The notes under the pieces are model-generated. The model was not told where the DNA came from and did not search any database. It was given only the letters and a program-made list of their open reading frames with translations. The translations under genes and the position numbers were made by a program. From Gemmatimonadaceae bacterium (GTDB lineage: Bacteria > Gemmatimonadota > Gemmatimonadetes > Gemmatimonadales > Gemmatimonadaceae): a stretch of 59,920 nucleotides of DNA. Of the stretch, positions 8,849-16,204 are shown in pieces. The stretch lies in NCBI GenBank assembly GCA_036262535.1, contig DATAIS010000003.1, positions 1 through 59,920 on the forward strand, in the 5' to 3' direction. Positions within the stretch are counted from its first letter, which is position 1; the number at the start of each line of letters is the position of its first letter.

Positions 8849-9357
8849 TGCGACTGGGCTCCGTCGATGACGTCGTTGACGAGTCGCTGGAGCGCGACGC
8901 GCCGGCCGTTAGGCTCGGCGCCTTCGTTGTACTCGCCTTCGGCGATGAGCCCGCGACGCTCCCAGAGGACGCGGCCCGTCTTCTGGTCCACGATCTCGAT
9001 GTCGCAGACGATCTGCAGCTTGCGGCGGGCCGACGTCGGCTGCCGCCCGACGGCGGCGAAGGCGATCGGGATGTCGGGCTCGTAACGGACGAGCGTTCCG
9101 CGAACGACCGCGTCGGCTCTCGCCTCGGGAGCGTCGCGGAGCCCCAGCCGCGACTGCATCTCGCGGCGCAGCGACTCCCAGACCTCGCGCTGGAGCTCGG
9201 GCTGTGGCGTCTCGTTCTCGAACGGGAGCACGGCGACGGTGCGGACGTGCTCGGGCAGGCCACCACCGGCGAACCCGTACGGCCAGCACGCGCCGACGAC
9301 GAGCGTCAGCAGCGCGAGCGCGAGGCTCCAGCCGCTATGGAGTCCAGATCGACGCAT
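8842..9357 (-). CDS. LptE-like outer-membrane lipoprotein (putative LPS-assembly lipoprotein)
   Basis: 171 aa. A signal peptide ends in LVVGAC. It is followed by YGFAGGGLPEHVRTVAVLPFENET, which matches the LptE-family N-terminal pattern (C-x-Y-x-F-x-G...I/V-x-T-I/V-x-V-x-x-F-x-N). Family assignment is from memory. Confidence 0.55.
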   Translation of the reverse strand: MRRSGLHSGWSLALALLTLVVGACWPYGFAGGGLPEHVRTVAVLPFENETPQPELQREVWESLRREMQSRLGLRDAPEARADAVVRGTLVRYEPDIPIAFAAVGRQPTSARRKLQIVCDIEIVDQKTGRVLWERRGLIAEGEYNEGAEPNGRRVALQRLVNDVIDGAQSQW

Positions 9358-9967
9358 CGAACGCGAGATTGGTATCCACCCGCTTCACTGTGATATCGAG
9401 CGATCGCCGCCCCGTCGCGTCGTAATATCGCACGCGCGTCTCGTCGCGTCGATCCACCGACTGGATGATCCGGCCGTCGGTGATACGCTCGAGGCGCCGC
9501 AACCGGCCCGCGGCGACGGTGACACGCCAGATCTCGCCACGCCCGACGTCGGCGCGGAGGGTGTCGCCCTCGAGGCGGGCGTTCGTGTCCGGCAACGCGG
9601 GGACGGCCAGCCGCCCGACCGCGGCCCACAGCATCGGCGGCGACGGAACGAGCCGACGGACCATATCGGGACCGGGCGCGCGCAGCTCGTTGCCGATGAG
9701 CGCGGCGGCCCCGGAGCCGAGTCCGCCGCCGAGGAACAGATCGAGCCGCGCGCTGTCCGGCGAAGCGACGCGAAGCGCACCCTCGCCGCGTGCCTGCATA
9801 TCCGGATCCTCGTAGCTCCAGTCGAAGACCCAGCGGGTGTGTCCCGGCGGCGCCTCGAGGCTCGGCAATGGAACGCGCGTCGGCGTGCCGGTGAGTGGGG
9901 GCGCCTTCGGCAGGCAGGACGCCGCGAGCGCGATGCTCGCAGCCGCGAGAGCGATGGTACGCCTCAT
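9335..9967 (-). CDS. Hypothetical lipoprotein
   Basis: 210 aa with a lipoprotein signal (ALAASC). No confident family; possibly a LolB/DUF4292-like fold. Confidence 0.5.
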   Translation of the reverse strand: MRRTIALAAASIALAASCLPKAPPLTGTPTRVPLPSLEAPPGHTRWVFDWSYEDPDMQARGEGALRVASPDSARLDLFLGGGLGSGAAALIGNELRAPGPDMVRRLVPSPPMLWAAVGRLAVPALPDTNARLEGDTLRADVGRGEIWRVTVAAGRLRRLERITDGRIIQSVDRRDETRVRYYDATGRRSLDITVKRVDTNLAFDASIWTP

Positions 9968-12003
9968 CTGACGATGATGATATCGCTGATGCGGTCGCCC
10001 TGGACGAGGGCGTCCATCGCGTCGAAGCCGCCGACGACACGCGCGAAGATCGTATAACGCGCGTCGAGATGCGGCTGCGGCGACAGCGTCAGGAAATACT
10101 GGCTGCCACCGGTGTCGGGGCCGGAGAGCGCCATCCCGACCGCGCCGCGCGAGTAGCGCTGGAGGTTCAGCTCGTCCCGGATCGCGTATCCCGGCCCCCC
10201 ATTGCCGTCGCCGCGGGGATCGCCGTCCTGAGCGACGAAGTTCGGGACGACGCGATGGAAGCGCACGTTGCGGTAATACCCCGAGCGCGCAAGCCGGACG
10301 AAGTTCTCGACGGTGAGCGGGGCGTCCTCACCCAGCAGCTCGAGCTCGATCGGACCACGCTCGCTGACGATGCGCGCAAGGCGGGGGCGGCCTTCGAGCG
10401 TCGGCACGACGTACTCGCGCACGACACCGGCGTACCAGCCGCGGGGGCGCTCGACACCTTCGACGCCGGGCCAGTGAGCGAGCGGGGGGACCCCGCGCGC
10501 GGGCGCACGGACGAGGGGATCGTCGGATGGCGGGAGGGCACGAAGCGCGGCGAGCGCCGAGTCGGCGAACGCCGCGCTGTCGCGGCGCCACGCGTTGGCG
10601 ACGTACTGGATGGCGGCGATCCGCGCGTCGTTGCCCGAATCGCGGGCGGCCAGGCGGTAGCTCGCGAGCACCGCGGGTACTTCGGCCGCGCGCGCGCTGT
10701 CCGCCAGCGCGAGGATGGCGGTGGCGCGAACGAAGAAATCGGAATCTTCCACGGCCGCGAGGACCGCCGCGCGGCGCGCCTCGCGCTCCGACGCGGAATC
10801 GAGCGCGGCCGCGACTGCGGCGACCGCGGACTGCCTGACGCGCGGGTCGGCATCGGTGAGGAGCGGCCGCGCGATACGCTCGAGTGTTTCGACGCGCGGT
10901 GCTCCGGCGGCGGCGTCGGCGAGCGCAGCGCGCATCCGCCAGTCCGAGGCACGGAGCCAGTCATCCTGGGCCGCGAGCTGAAAGCCGGAACGCGTTGCCG
11001 ATTCGAGGAGGCTGCGGCGGAACATCAGGGACGTGTCGGCTCGCCAGAGCGCGGTCCACAGCTCGGCGGAGACGTTTCGCCCCGCGAGCGCCTGCGCCGC
11101 GGCAATGCGAACGTTGGCGTCCGGATCCTGCGCACCGCGGCCGAGCGTCGGAATCTCGCCGTCGCCGAAGGTCGCGAGCGATCGGAGCGCGTTGATGCGA
11201 ACGTGCGGCTCGGCGTCGCTGGCGAGGCGTCGCAGCGCGGCCATCGCGGAAGCGGCGAGCGAATCTCCGACGACGCCGGCAGTCAGGGCGCGCGCGATCT
11301 GAGCGCGCAGCTCCGCCGGCGAGCACTCGTAGTATCCGGCACCCCCTGAGGGGGCGGACGTGCGCGTGTCCTGGAGCGATGCAAGCAGCGCCCGGGCGCC
11401 TGCCGCGACGCGAGGACGCGACAGCGCGTACGCTGCCGCCCAACGAACGCACGCGCTCGAATGGGACAGCAGTGCCGAGATCTCGGCCGCGGGGACCGGA
11501 CGGAGCTTGGCCGCGCCGCGGAGCAGCTCGCCGGCGGTGGCGTCGTTCGTCGTGCGGAGGTGGCCGACGATCGCTGCGCGGGCCGGCTCGCCGATCTCTC
11601 CGAGGGCGAAGGCAGCCTGCACGGCGACCGAGGGGACGCCATCGAGCGCAGCTTCGAGCGCCGGGATGCTCGCCGTGTCACGCAGCATGCCGAGCGCGAA
11701 GGCGGCGCGCGCCGCAACGCCGGTGTCTGCGTCGGTGAGTAGTGCGCGCAGCGCTGGCGCGGCGGCACGCGTCTTCGTCTGGCCGATGGCGAGCGTCGCG
11801 GCGCGCCGAAGCGGGACGCTCGATGCGCGCGTGCCCGCGAGGAAGACGCTGGTATCGGCGCGTCGCGCATCGGCGGCGGCCAGGACCTGTGCGTACGCCG
11901 CGACGTCGCTCGACGCGAAGGGTCCGAGGGAACCGCCCCCGGACGCGCATCCGACGACGCCCGCCAGCGCTGCGGTGCCGACGAGCCGGAGAGCGTTGCT
12001 CAC
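9964..12003 (-). CDS. Lipoprotein with N-terminal HEAT/PBS-lyase-type repeats and a C-terminal cyclophilin-type peptidyl-prolyl cis-trans isomerase domain
   Basis: The C-terminal roughly 165 aa (PLTVENFVRLARSGYYRNVRFHRVVPNFVAQDGDP...GSQYFLTL...FARVVGGFDAMD) are a clear cyclophilin domain. Upstream are many Ala/Leu/Arg-rich HEAT-like repeats (VRWAAAYALSR, RIAAAQALAG). The start is set at GTG 12003, 1 nt after the thioesterase stop, giving MSNALRLVGTAALAGVVGC (lipobox). The ORF-track start 12126 would overlap the upstream gene. Confidence 0.75.
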   Translation of the reverse strand: MSNALRLVGTAALAGVVGCASGGGSLGPFASSDVAAYAQVLAAADARRADTSVFLAGTRASSVPLRRAATLAIGQTKTRAAAPALRALLTDADTGVAARAAFALGMLRDTASIPALEAALDGVPSVAVQAAFALGEIGEPARAAIVGHLRTTNDATAGELLRGAAKLRPVPAAEISALLSHSSACVRWAAAYALSRPRVAAGARALLASLQDTRTSAPSGGAGYYECSPAELRAQIARALTAGVVGDSLAASAMAALRRLASDAEPHVRINALRSLATFGDGEIPTLGRGAQDPDANVRIAAAQALAGRNVSAELWTALWRADTSLMFRRSLLESATRSGFQLAAQDDWLRASDWRMRAALADAAAGAPRVETLERIARPLLTDADPRVRQSAVAAVAAALDSASEREARRAAVLAAVEDSDFFVRATAILALADSARAAEVPAVLASYRLAARDSGNDARIAAIQYVANAWRRDSAAFADSALAALRALPPSDDPLVRAPARGVPPLAHWPGVEGVERPRGWYAGVVREYVVPTLEGRPRLARIVSERGPIELELLGEDAPLTVENFVRLARSGYYRNVRFHRVVPNFVAQDGDPRGDGNGGPGYAIRDELNLQRYSRGAVGMALSGPDTGGSQYFLTLSPQPHLDARYTIFARVVGGFDAMDALVQGDRISDIIIVR

Positions 12004-12004
12004 G

Positions 12005-12439
12005 TCAGCGCAGGTCGCGCTCGAGAAGCGCGCGCGTCTCATCGGGAAGCCTGACCGGACGCCCATTGCGATCGATCGAGACGAGCGAAGTCGAGGCGGT
12101 CGCAAGCCGGGTCGAGGTCTGCGCATTCGTTATGACATAGTCGAAGGTCACGGAGCGCGATCGAACGTCGCGCAGCGTCGTCTCGACGCGAACGAGGTCG
12201 TCGTACCGTGCGGATGCATGATAGCGCAGGGACGCCTCCGACACCGCCAATGCCGTCCCCGCGCGCTCCAGCTCCGCATAGTTGGCGCCGCGCGATCCGA
12301 GGTAATCCGTTCGCCCCATGTCGCACCAGACGAGGTAGTTCGCGTGATACACCACCCCCATCTGGTCCGTTTCCGCATAGCGGACGCGGAGCTCGAGGAC
12401 CTGCGACGCAGGGGTCGATCCGCGGGCGTTCTGAGCCAT
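12005..12439 (-). CDS. Acyl-CoA thioesterase, YbgC/4HBT hot-dog family
   Basis: ORF 12005..13126 trimmed to MAQNARG (ATG 12439), 144 aa. LRVRYAETDQMGVVYHANYLVW is the 4HBT/YbgC signature region. The upstream part of the ORF runs antisense through lpxH. Confidence 0.8.
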   Translation of the reverse strand: MAQNARGSTPASQVLELRVRYAETDQMGVVYHANYLVWCDMGRTDYLGSRGANYAELERAGTALAVSEASLRYHASARYDDLVRVETTLRDVRSRSVTFDYVITNAQTSTRLATASTSLVSIDRNGRPVRLPDETRALLERDLR

Positions 12440-12491
12440 TGCTCCCGGTTCGGGATAGTGTGGTGCGCGAAGATGAGTGCTGCTGCCGGGT

Positions 12492-12520
12492 TTGGAAAGC
12501 CCCGGGACCACGAGTAGAAT
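12492..12520 (+). promoter_or_regulatory. Promoter of the lpxH-like gene; predicts a leaderless mRNA
   Basis: TTGGAA (12492-12497), a 17-nt spacer, then TAGAAT (12515-12520). The GTG start codon at 12527 lies exactly 7 nt after the -10 box. No Shine-Dalgarno sequence is present. Confidence 0.55.
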
Positions 12521-12526
12521 GTTCGC

Positions 12527-13312
12527 GTGCTCCCCGGACCCTGCTACATCATCTCCGACGCGCATCTCGGCGCTGGCACCGCTGATCTCGAGCGGCGCGT
12601 CGTCGCGTTCCTTCATTCGCTGCGCGGCCGTGCCGGATCGGTCGTCGTCAACGGCGACCTTTTCGACTTCTGGTTCGAGTGGCGGACGGTGGTGCCGCGG
12701 CGCGGGATCCGCGCCGCGGTCGCATTGGCCGACCTGCGCGACGCCGGAGTGGACGTGCTCTGGATCGCGGGGAATCACGACTGCTGGGGAGGTGAGGTCC
12801 TGCGCGAGGACTTCGGGCTCGCGTACCACGTGGGTCCCTGGGAGGGACGCATCGCCGGCTGGAAGACGCGCATCGAGCATGGCGACGGACTGCGGGACGA
12901 GGAGGATCGAAAGTATCGACGGCTGCGGACGTTGCTCCGGCATCCGTGGTCGGTCCGTGCATTCCGTGCCCTGCACCCGGACCTCGGAAGCAGGCTCGCG
13001 AGCGGCAGCTCGCACGCGAGCCGCGTCCACCGCGCCCGCGACGGCGGCGCGGGGTTGCGCGGAGTGGCGATGGAGGCGCTCGCGCGCGACGAGACGCTCG
13101 ATCTCGTCGTCTTCGGACACTCGCACGTGCCGGCGCTGGAGCGCGCGCCCTCCGGAGGCATCTACGCAAATGCCGGCTCGTGGCTCGACGCCCCGACCTT
13201 CATCCGCGTCGCCGCGGAGCGCGTCGAGCTCTGTCGGTGGGACGGGTCAGCCGAGGGTGTGCGTCTCGACGCCGTGGATCGGCGCGCCGAGAAATCGCTC
13301 GGCCATCCGTAG
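12527..13312 (+). CDS. lpxH: UDP-2,3-diacylglucosamine diphosphatase-like metallophosphoesterase (LpxH family)
   Basis: 261 aa. ISDAHLG, NGDLFDFWFEW, GNHDCW, HGD and FGHSH calcineurin-type motifs occur in LpxH order. Confidence 0.7.
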   Translation: MLPGPCYIISDAHLGAGTADLERRVVAFLHSLRGRAGSVVVNGDLFDFWFEWRTVVPRRGIRAAVALADLRDAGVDVLWIAGNHDCWGGEVLREDFGLAYHVGPWEGRIAGWKTRIEHGDGLRDEEDRKYRRLRTLLRHPWSVRAFRALHPDLGSRLASGSSHASRVHRARDGGAGLRGVAMEALARDETLDLVVFGHSHVPALERAPSGGIYANAGSWLDAPTFIRVAAERVELCRWDGSAEGVRLDAVDRRAEKSLGHP

Positions 13313-14050
13313 GAACTGCTGCGGCGCATCCGACGCCACCCAGTCGCGCGTCGGCCGTCCGTTGCGCGGCGCGAGCAGTCCGCGCTCCTCGAGGACGCGC
13401 CTCGTCTCCGCGGCCGTCTGCTCCGCGCTATCGATGAGCGCGACGCCGGAGCCGAGCACCTCGGCAATGAGCGGCTTGAGCAACGGGTAGTGGGTGCATC
13501 CGAGCACGAGGGCTTCCACGTGCTCGGCGGCGAAAGGAGCCAGGTACTCGTCGGCGACGAGCCGCGTCGCGCGGTGATCGAGCCACCCTTCCTCGACGAG
13601 GGGGACGAACAGCGGACAGGCGCGGGCGACGATGCGCGTCTCCGGGGCGAGGGCGCGGATGGCGCGCTCGTACGCGCCGGACTGGATCGTGCCGAGCGTT
13701 CCGATGACGCCGATCTTGCCGCGCGATGCCGCTACGGCGGCTCGCGCGCCCGGCTCGACGACGCCGATCACGGGAATCGGCTGCTCCTCGCGTAGCGCCG
13801 ACAGCGCGTGTGCGGTGGCGGTGTTGCAGGCGACGACCACCGCTTTCACCCCGCGGTCGCGAAGGTAGCTCGTGATCTCGCGGCTGTAGCGCCGGACGGT
13901 GTCGGGGGACTTCGGCCCGTACGGCACCCTCGCCGTGTCGCCGAAGTAGATGATGCTCTCGTCGGGGAGCTGGCGCATCAGCTCGCGCGCGACGGTGAGG
14001 CCGCCGATCCCCGAATCGAAGACGCCGATCGGCGCCGACGGGCTCACCAT
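13247..14050 (-). CDS. murI: Glutamate racemase
   Basis: ORF 13247..14668 trimmed to MVSPSAPIGVFDSGIGGLTV (ATG 14050), 267 aa. DSGIGGL, ACNTA and GCTHYP are the MurI catalytic motifs. Confidence 0.9.
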   Translation of the reverse strand: MVSPSAPIGVFDSGIGGLTVARELMRQLPDESIIYFGDTARVPYGPKSPDTVRRYSREITSYLRDRGVKAVVVACNTATAHALSALREEQPIPVIGVVEPGARAAVAASRGKIGVIGTLGTIQSGAYERAIRALAPETRIVARACPLFVPLVEEGWLDHRATRLVADEYLAPFAAEHVEALVLGCTHYPLLKPLIAEVLGSGVALIDSAEQTAAETRRVLEERGLLAPRNGRPTRDWVASDAPQQFLRMAERFLGAPIHGVETHTLG

Positions 14051-14643
14051 TGCAGCTTCGCTGCGATGGTGAGCCTGCCGTGGGACCCGGGAGCGACGGT
14101 GACGTCGGTGGGGACGTCCCAGAGGTTGGCGGCGACGTAGGCGTCGGCGCCGGCGAGGAAGTGGTTCACGATGACGAGGGTCAGCCAGTCTTCGACGAAG
14201 CTGCGGCGCGGGCCGATACGCGAGCGGGCGCGCTGCGCGATCGGCGAGAGCGCTCGCACCGCGGTGACTGTCGTTCCGCTGGTGTCGTAACGGACCACCA
14301 CGCTGTCGTAGGCGAGCCGGCGCGCGGCGCGGAGGTCCTGCGCGGACTTGGCGAGCATCGCGAGCGCGCCCGCCTCGGTGGCGACGAAGATCGCGCCGGC
14401 GGTCGGCCGGTCGAGGATCGACTGCGCGCTGCCGGGAATGGCGAGGGAGTAGAGAAAGGCGCGGCGGGGCGTGATCGGCGGGGCGGGCGCGGGGCGCGGG
14501 ACCGCGAGCACGGGAGCACGCACGGGCCCGCGCGCGGTCGTGTCCGGGACCTGGGCGCCTAACGTCCCCGCGCCGAGGCCCGCGGCGAGGACCGCGATCG
14601 CGGCGAGGCCGCGCTGGCGGGAGCGTGTGGGAATCGAACCCAC
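14044..14643 (-). CDS. Hypothetical secreted/membrane protein (DUF5683-like); start uncertain
   Basis: Frame of ORF 14044..15090. It has a signal-like LAAIAVLAAGLGAGTLGA followed by FLYSLAIPGSAQ and a hydrophobic C-terminal region. The only plausible start I can find downstream of selD is GTG 14643, which lies inside the T-arm of tRNA-Sec. Confidence 0.4.
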   Translation of the reverse strand: MGSIPTRSRQRGLAAIAVLAAGLGAGTLGAQVPDTTARGPVRAPVLAVPRPAPAPPITPRRAFLYSLAIPGSAQSILDRPTAGAIFVATEAGALAMLAKSAQDLRAARRLAYDSVVVRYDTSGTTVTAVRALSPIAQRARSRIGPRRSFVEDWLTLVIVNHFLAGADAYVAANLWDVPTDVTVAPGSHGRLTIAAKLQW

Positions 14644-14711
14644 CCAACCCGCGCGAGGCGGGTCGCAACAGTTTTGAAGACTGAGGAAGCCACCAGGCCC
14701 CATGCGCCCCC
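14615..14711 (-). tRNA. selC: tRNA-Sec (selenocysteine tRNA, anticodon TCA)
   Basis: 97 nt: GGGGGCGC-AT-GGGGCC-TGGT-GGCTTC-C-TCAGT-CTTCAAA-ACTGT-TG-CGACCCGC-CTCGC-GCGGGTTG-G-GTGGG-TTCGATT-CCCAC-ACGCTCCC-G-CCA. It has an 8-position acceptor stem (7 pairs plus a terminal C/A mismatch) and a 6-bp D stem with a 4-nt loop. The CUUCAAA anticodon loop is identical to that of E. coli selC. It also has an 8-bp extra arm and a 5-bp T stem. It sits 15 nt downstream of selD. Confidence 0.85.
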
Positions 14712-14726
14712 TGCGCGCGGATTCCT

Positions 14727-15764
14727 TCATGCGAGAACGATCTCGAACCGGCCTCGCGGCTCGACCTCGCCGACCACGACAGCCGACGATACGCTCGAAA
14801 GATAGCCGGACAGCGCGGGCGCCGGCACGGCGACGAGGAGGCCGCCCGACGTCTGTGGATCGACGAAGAGCGCGCGCTCCTCGTCGCCGGCGCGCCCCCA
14901 GTCGACGACCCCCTCCACGAAGGCGGCGTTGCGATCCGCGCCGCCGGTGCGAGCCCCCGCGGCGAGGGCCTCGCGCGTGCCGTCGATGATCGGCACCGCG
15001 GCGCGCTCGAATCGGAGCGTGACGTTGCTCGCGCGCGCGATGTGCGACGCGTGCCCGAGCAGCCCGAAGCCGGTCACGTCGGTCGCGCAACGCGATCCCG
15101 CCGCGACGGCGGCCCGACTCGCGGCGTCGTTGAGTGTCGTCATCGCCGCGATCATCGCCGAATGCGGCCCTGCCGCGAGCGTCCCCCGCTTCGCGGCCGT
15201 CGCGAGGATGCCTGTCCCGAGCGGCTTGGTGAGCACGAGGACGTCACCGGGCGCCGCGGCGGCGTTGGTGAGGATCCGTCGCGGGTCGACGCGGCCGGTG
15301 ACGGCGAGCCCGTACTTGATCTCGTCGTCGGTGACGGTGTGCCCTCCGACGATGAAGGCGCCCGCCTCGTGCACCTTGTCCTGTCCCCCGCGAAGGATCT
15401 CCGAGAGCACCTCGATCGGCAGCTTTCCCGCGGGAAAGGCCGCGATGTTGAGCGCGGTGAGTGGCTCGCCGCCCATGGCATAGACGTCGGAGAGCGCGTT
15501 CGCCGCGGCCACCTGGCCGAAGGTGTACGGGTCGTCGACGATCGGCGCGAAGAAGTCCACCGTCTGCACGAGCGCGAGATCGTCGGACACGCGAAAGACG
15601 CCCGCGTCGTCGAAGGTCTCGCTACCGACGAGGAGGCGAGGATCGGTGCGTCGCGGCAGCGGCGCGAGGGCGGACTTGAGGTCACCCGGACCCATCTTGG
15701 AGGCTCAACCCGCGCAGCGCGCGAACTGCGTCAACTGGAACAGTCGCTCGCGGGTGTCGCTCAT
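14727..15764 (-). CDS. selD: Selenide, water dikinase (selenophosphate synthetase), selenocysteine-containing form with in-frame UGA
   Basis: ORF 14727..15695 (MGPGDLK...) and the last 19 codons of ORF 15705..16433 (MSDTRERLFQLTQFARCAG) are in the same frame. They are separated only by TGA 15707-15705. The joined LTQFARCAG-U-ASKMGPGDL aligns with E. coli SelD LTQYSHGAG-C-GCKISPKVL, placing Sec at the catalytic Cys17 position. The total of 345 aa compares with 347 aa for E. coli SelD, as I recall it. Confidence 0.85.
15705..15707 (-). other. UGA selenocysteine recoding codon inside selD
   Basis: TGA is in frame between ...CAG and ASKMGPGDL, at the position of the active-site Cys/Sec of SelD. 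A small hairpin GGGUC-CGGGU-GACCU (15693-15679) begins 12 nt downstream and is a candidate SECIS. Confidence 0.75.
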
Positions 15765-15784
15765 GGGCGGGGTGGCTGGAGTGC

Positions 15785-16168
15785 CTAACGGAGCGCGGCG
15801 ACGGCCTCGATCTCGACGAGCACGCCGCGCGGAAGGCCCGCCGCCTGCACGGTCGAGCGGGCGGGACGCGTATCGCCGAAGGCGCGCGCGTAGACCTCGT
15901 TCATGCGCGGGAAGTCCGCCATGTCGGCGAGGAAGACCGTCGTCTTCACCACGTCGCGGAACGAGACGCCCGCCGCCTCGAGGATCGCGGCGAGGTTGGC
16001 GAGGACCCGCTCCGTCTGCGCGACGACGTCGCCGGCGACCACCTGGCCGCTCGCCGGATCGAGCGCGATCTGGCCCGCGGTGAAGAGAAAACCGTTCGCG
16101 GCGACGGCCTGCGAATATGGGCCGATCGCGGCGGGGGCATTGCTGGTGTGAATCGTCTTCGTGCTCAC
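15785..16168 (-). CDS. ridA: RidA family reactive-intermediate (enamine/imine) deaminase (YjgF/L-PSP)
   Basis: 127 aa. APAAIGPYSQAV...FTAGQIALDP...TTVFLADMADF...ARSTVQAAGLPRGVLVEIE is the classic RidA pattern. Confidence 0.88.
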   Translation of the reverse strand: MSTKTIHTSNAPAAIGPYSQAVAANGFLFTAGQIALDPASGQVVAGDVVAQTERVLANLAAILEAAGVSFRDVVKTTVFLADMADFPRMNEVYARAFGDTRPARSTVQAAGLPRGVLVEIEAVAALR

Positions 16169-16204
16169 GGTGCTCCCGGGTTGTCGTGCGCCTCCGTCCG
16201 CATA

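Noticed and set aside
13247-14668. N-terminal extensions of ORF-track entries: 13247..14668, 12005..13126, 19713..21044, 26973..28028, 31173..33224, 45883..47397, 52940..56017, 55309..58104 and 57009..58478.
   Set aside because: The extensions read through the upstream neighbouring gene in another frame. In each case a conserved family N-terminus begins at an internal ATG/GTG/TTG that forms a 1-8 nt overlap with the upstream stop. The CDSs were trimmed accordingly.
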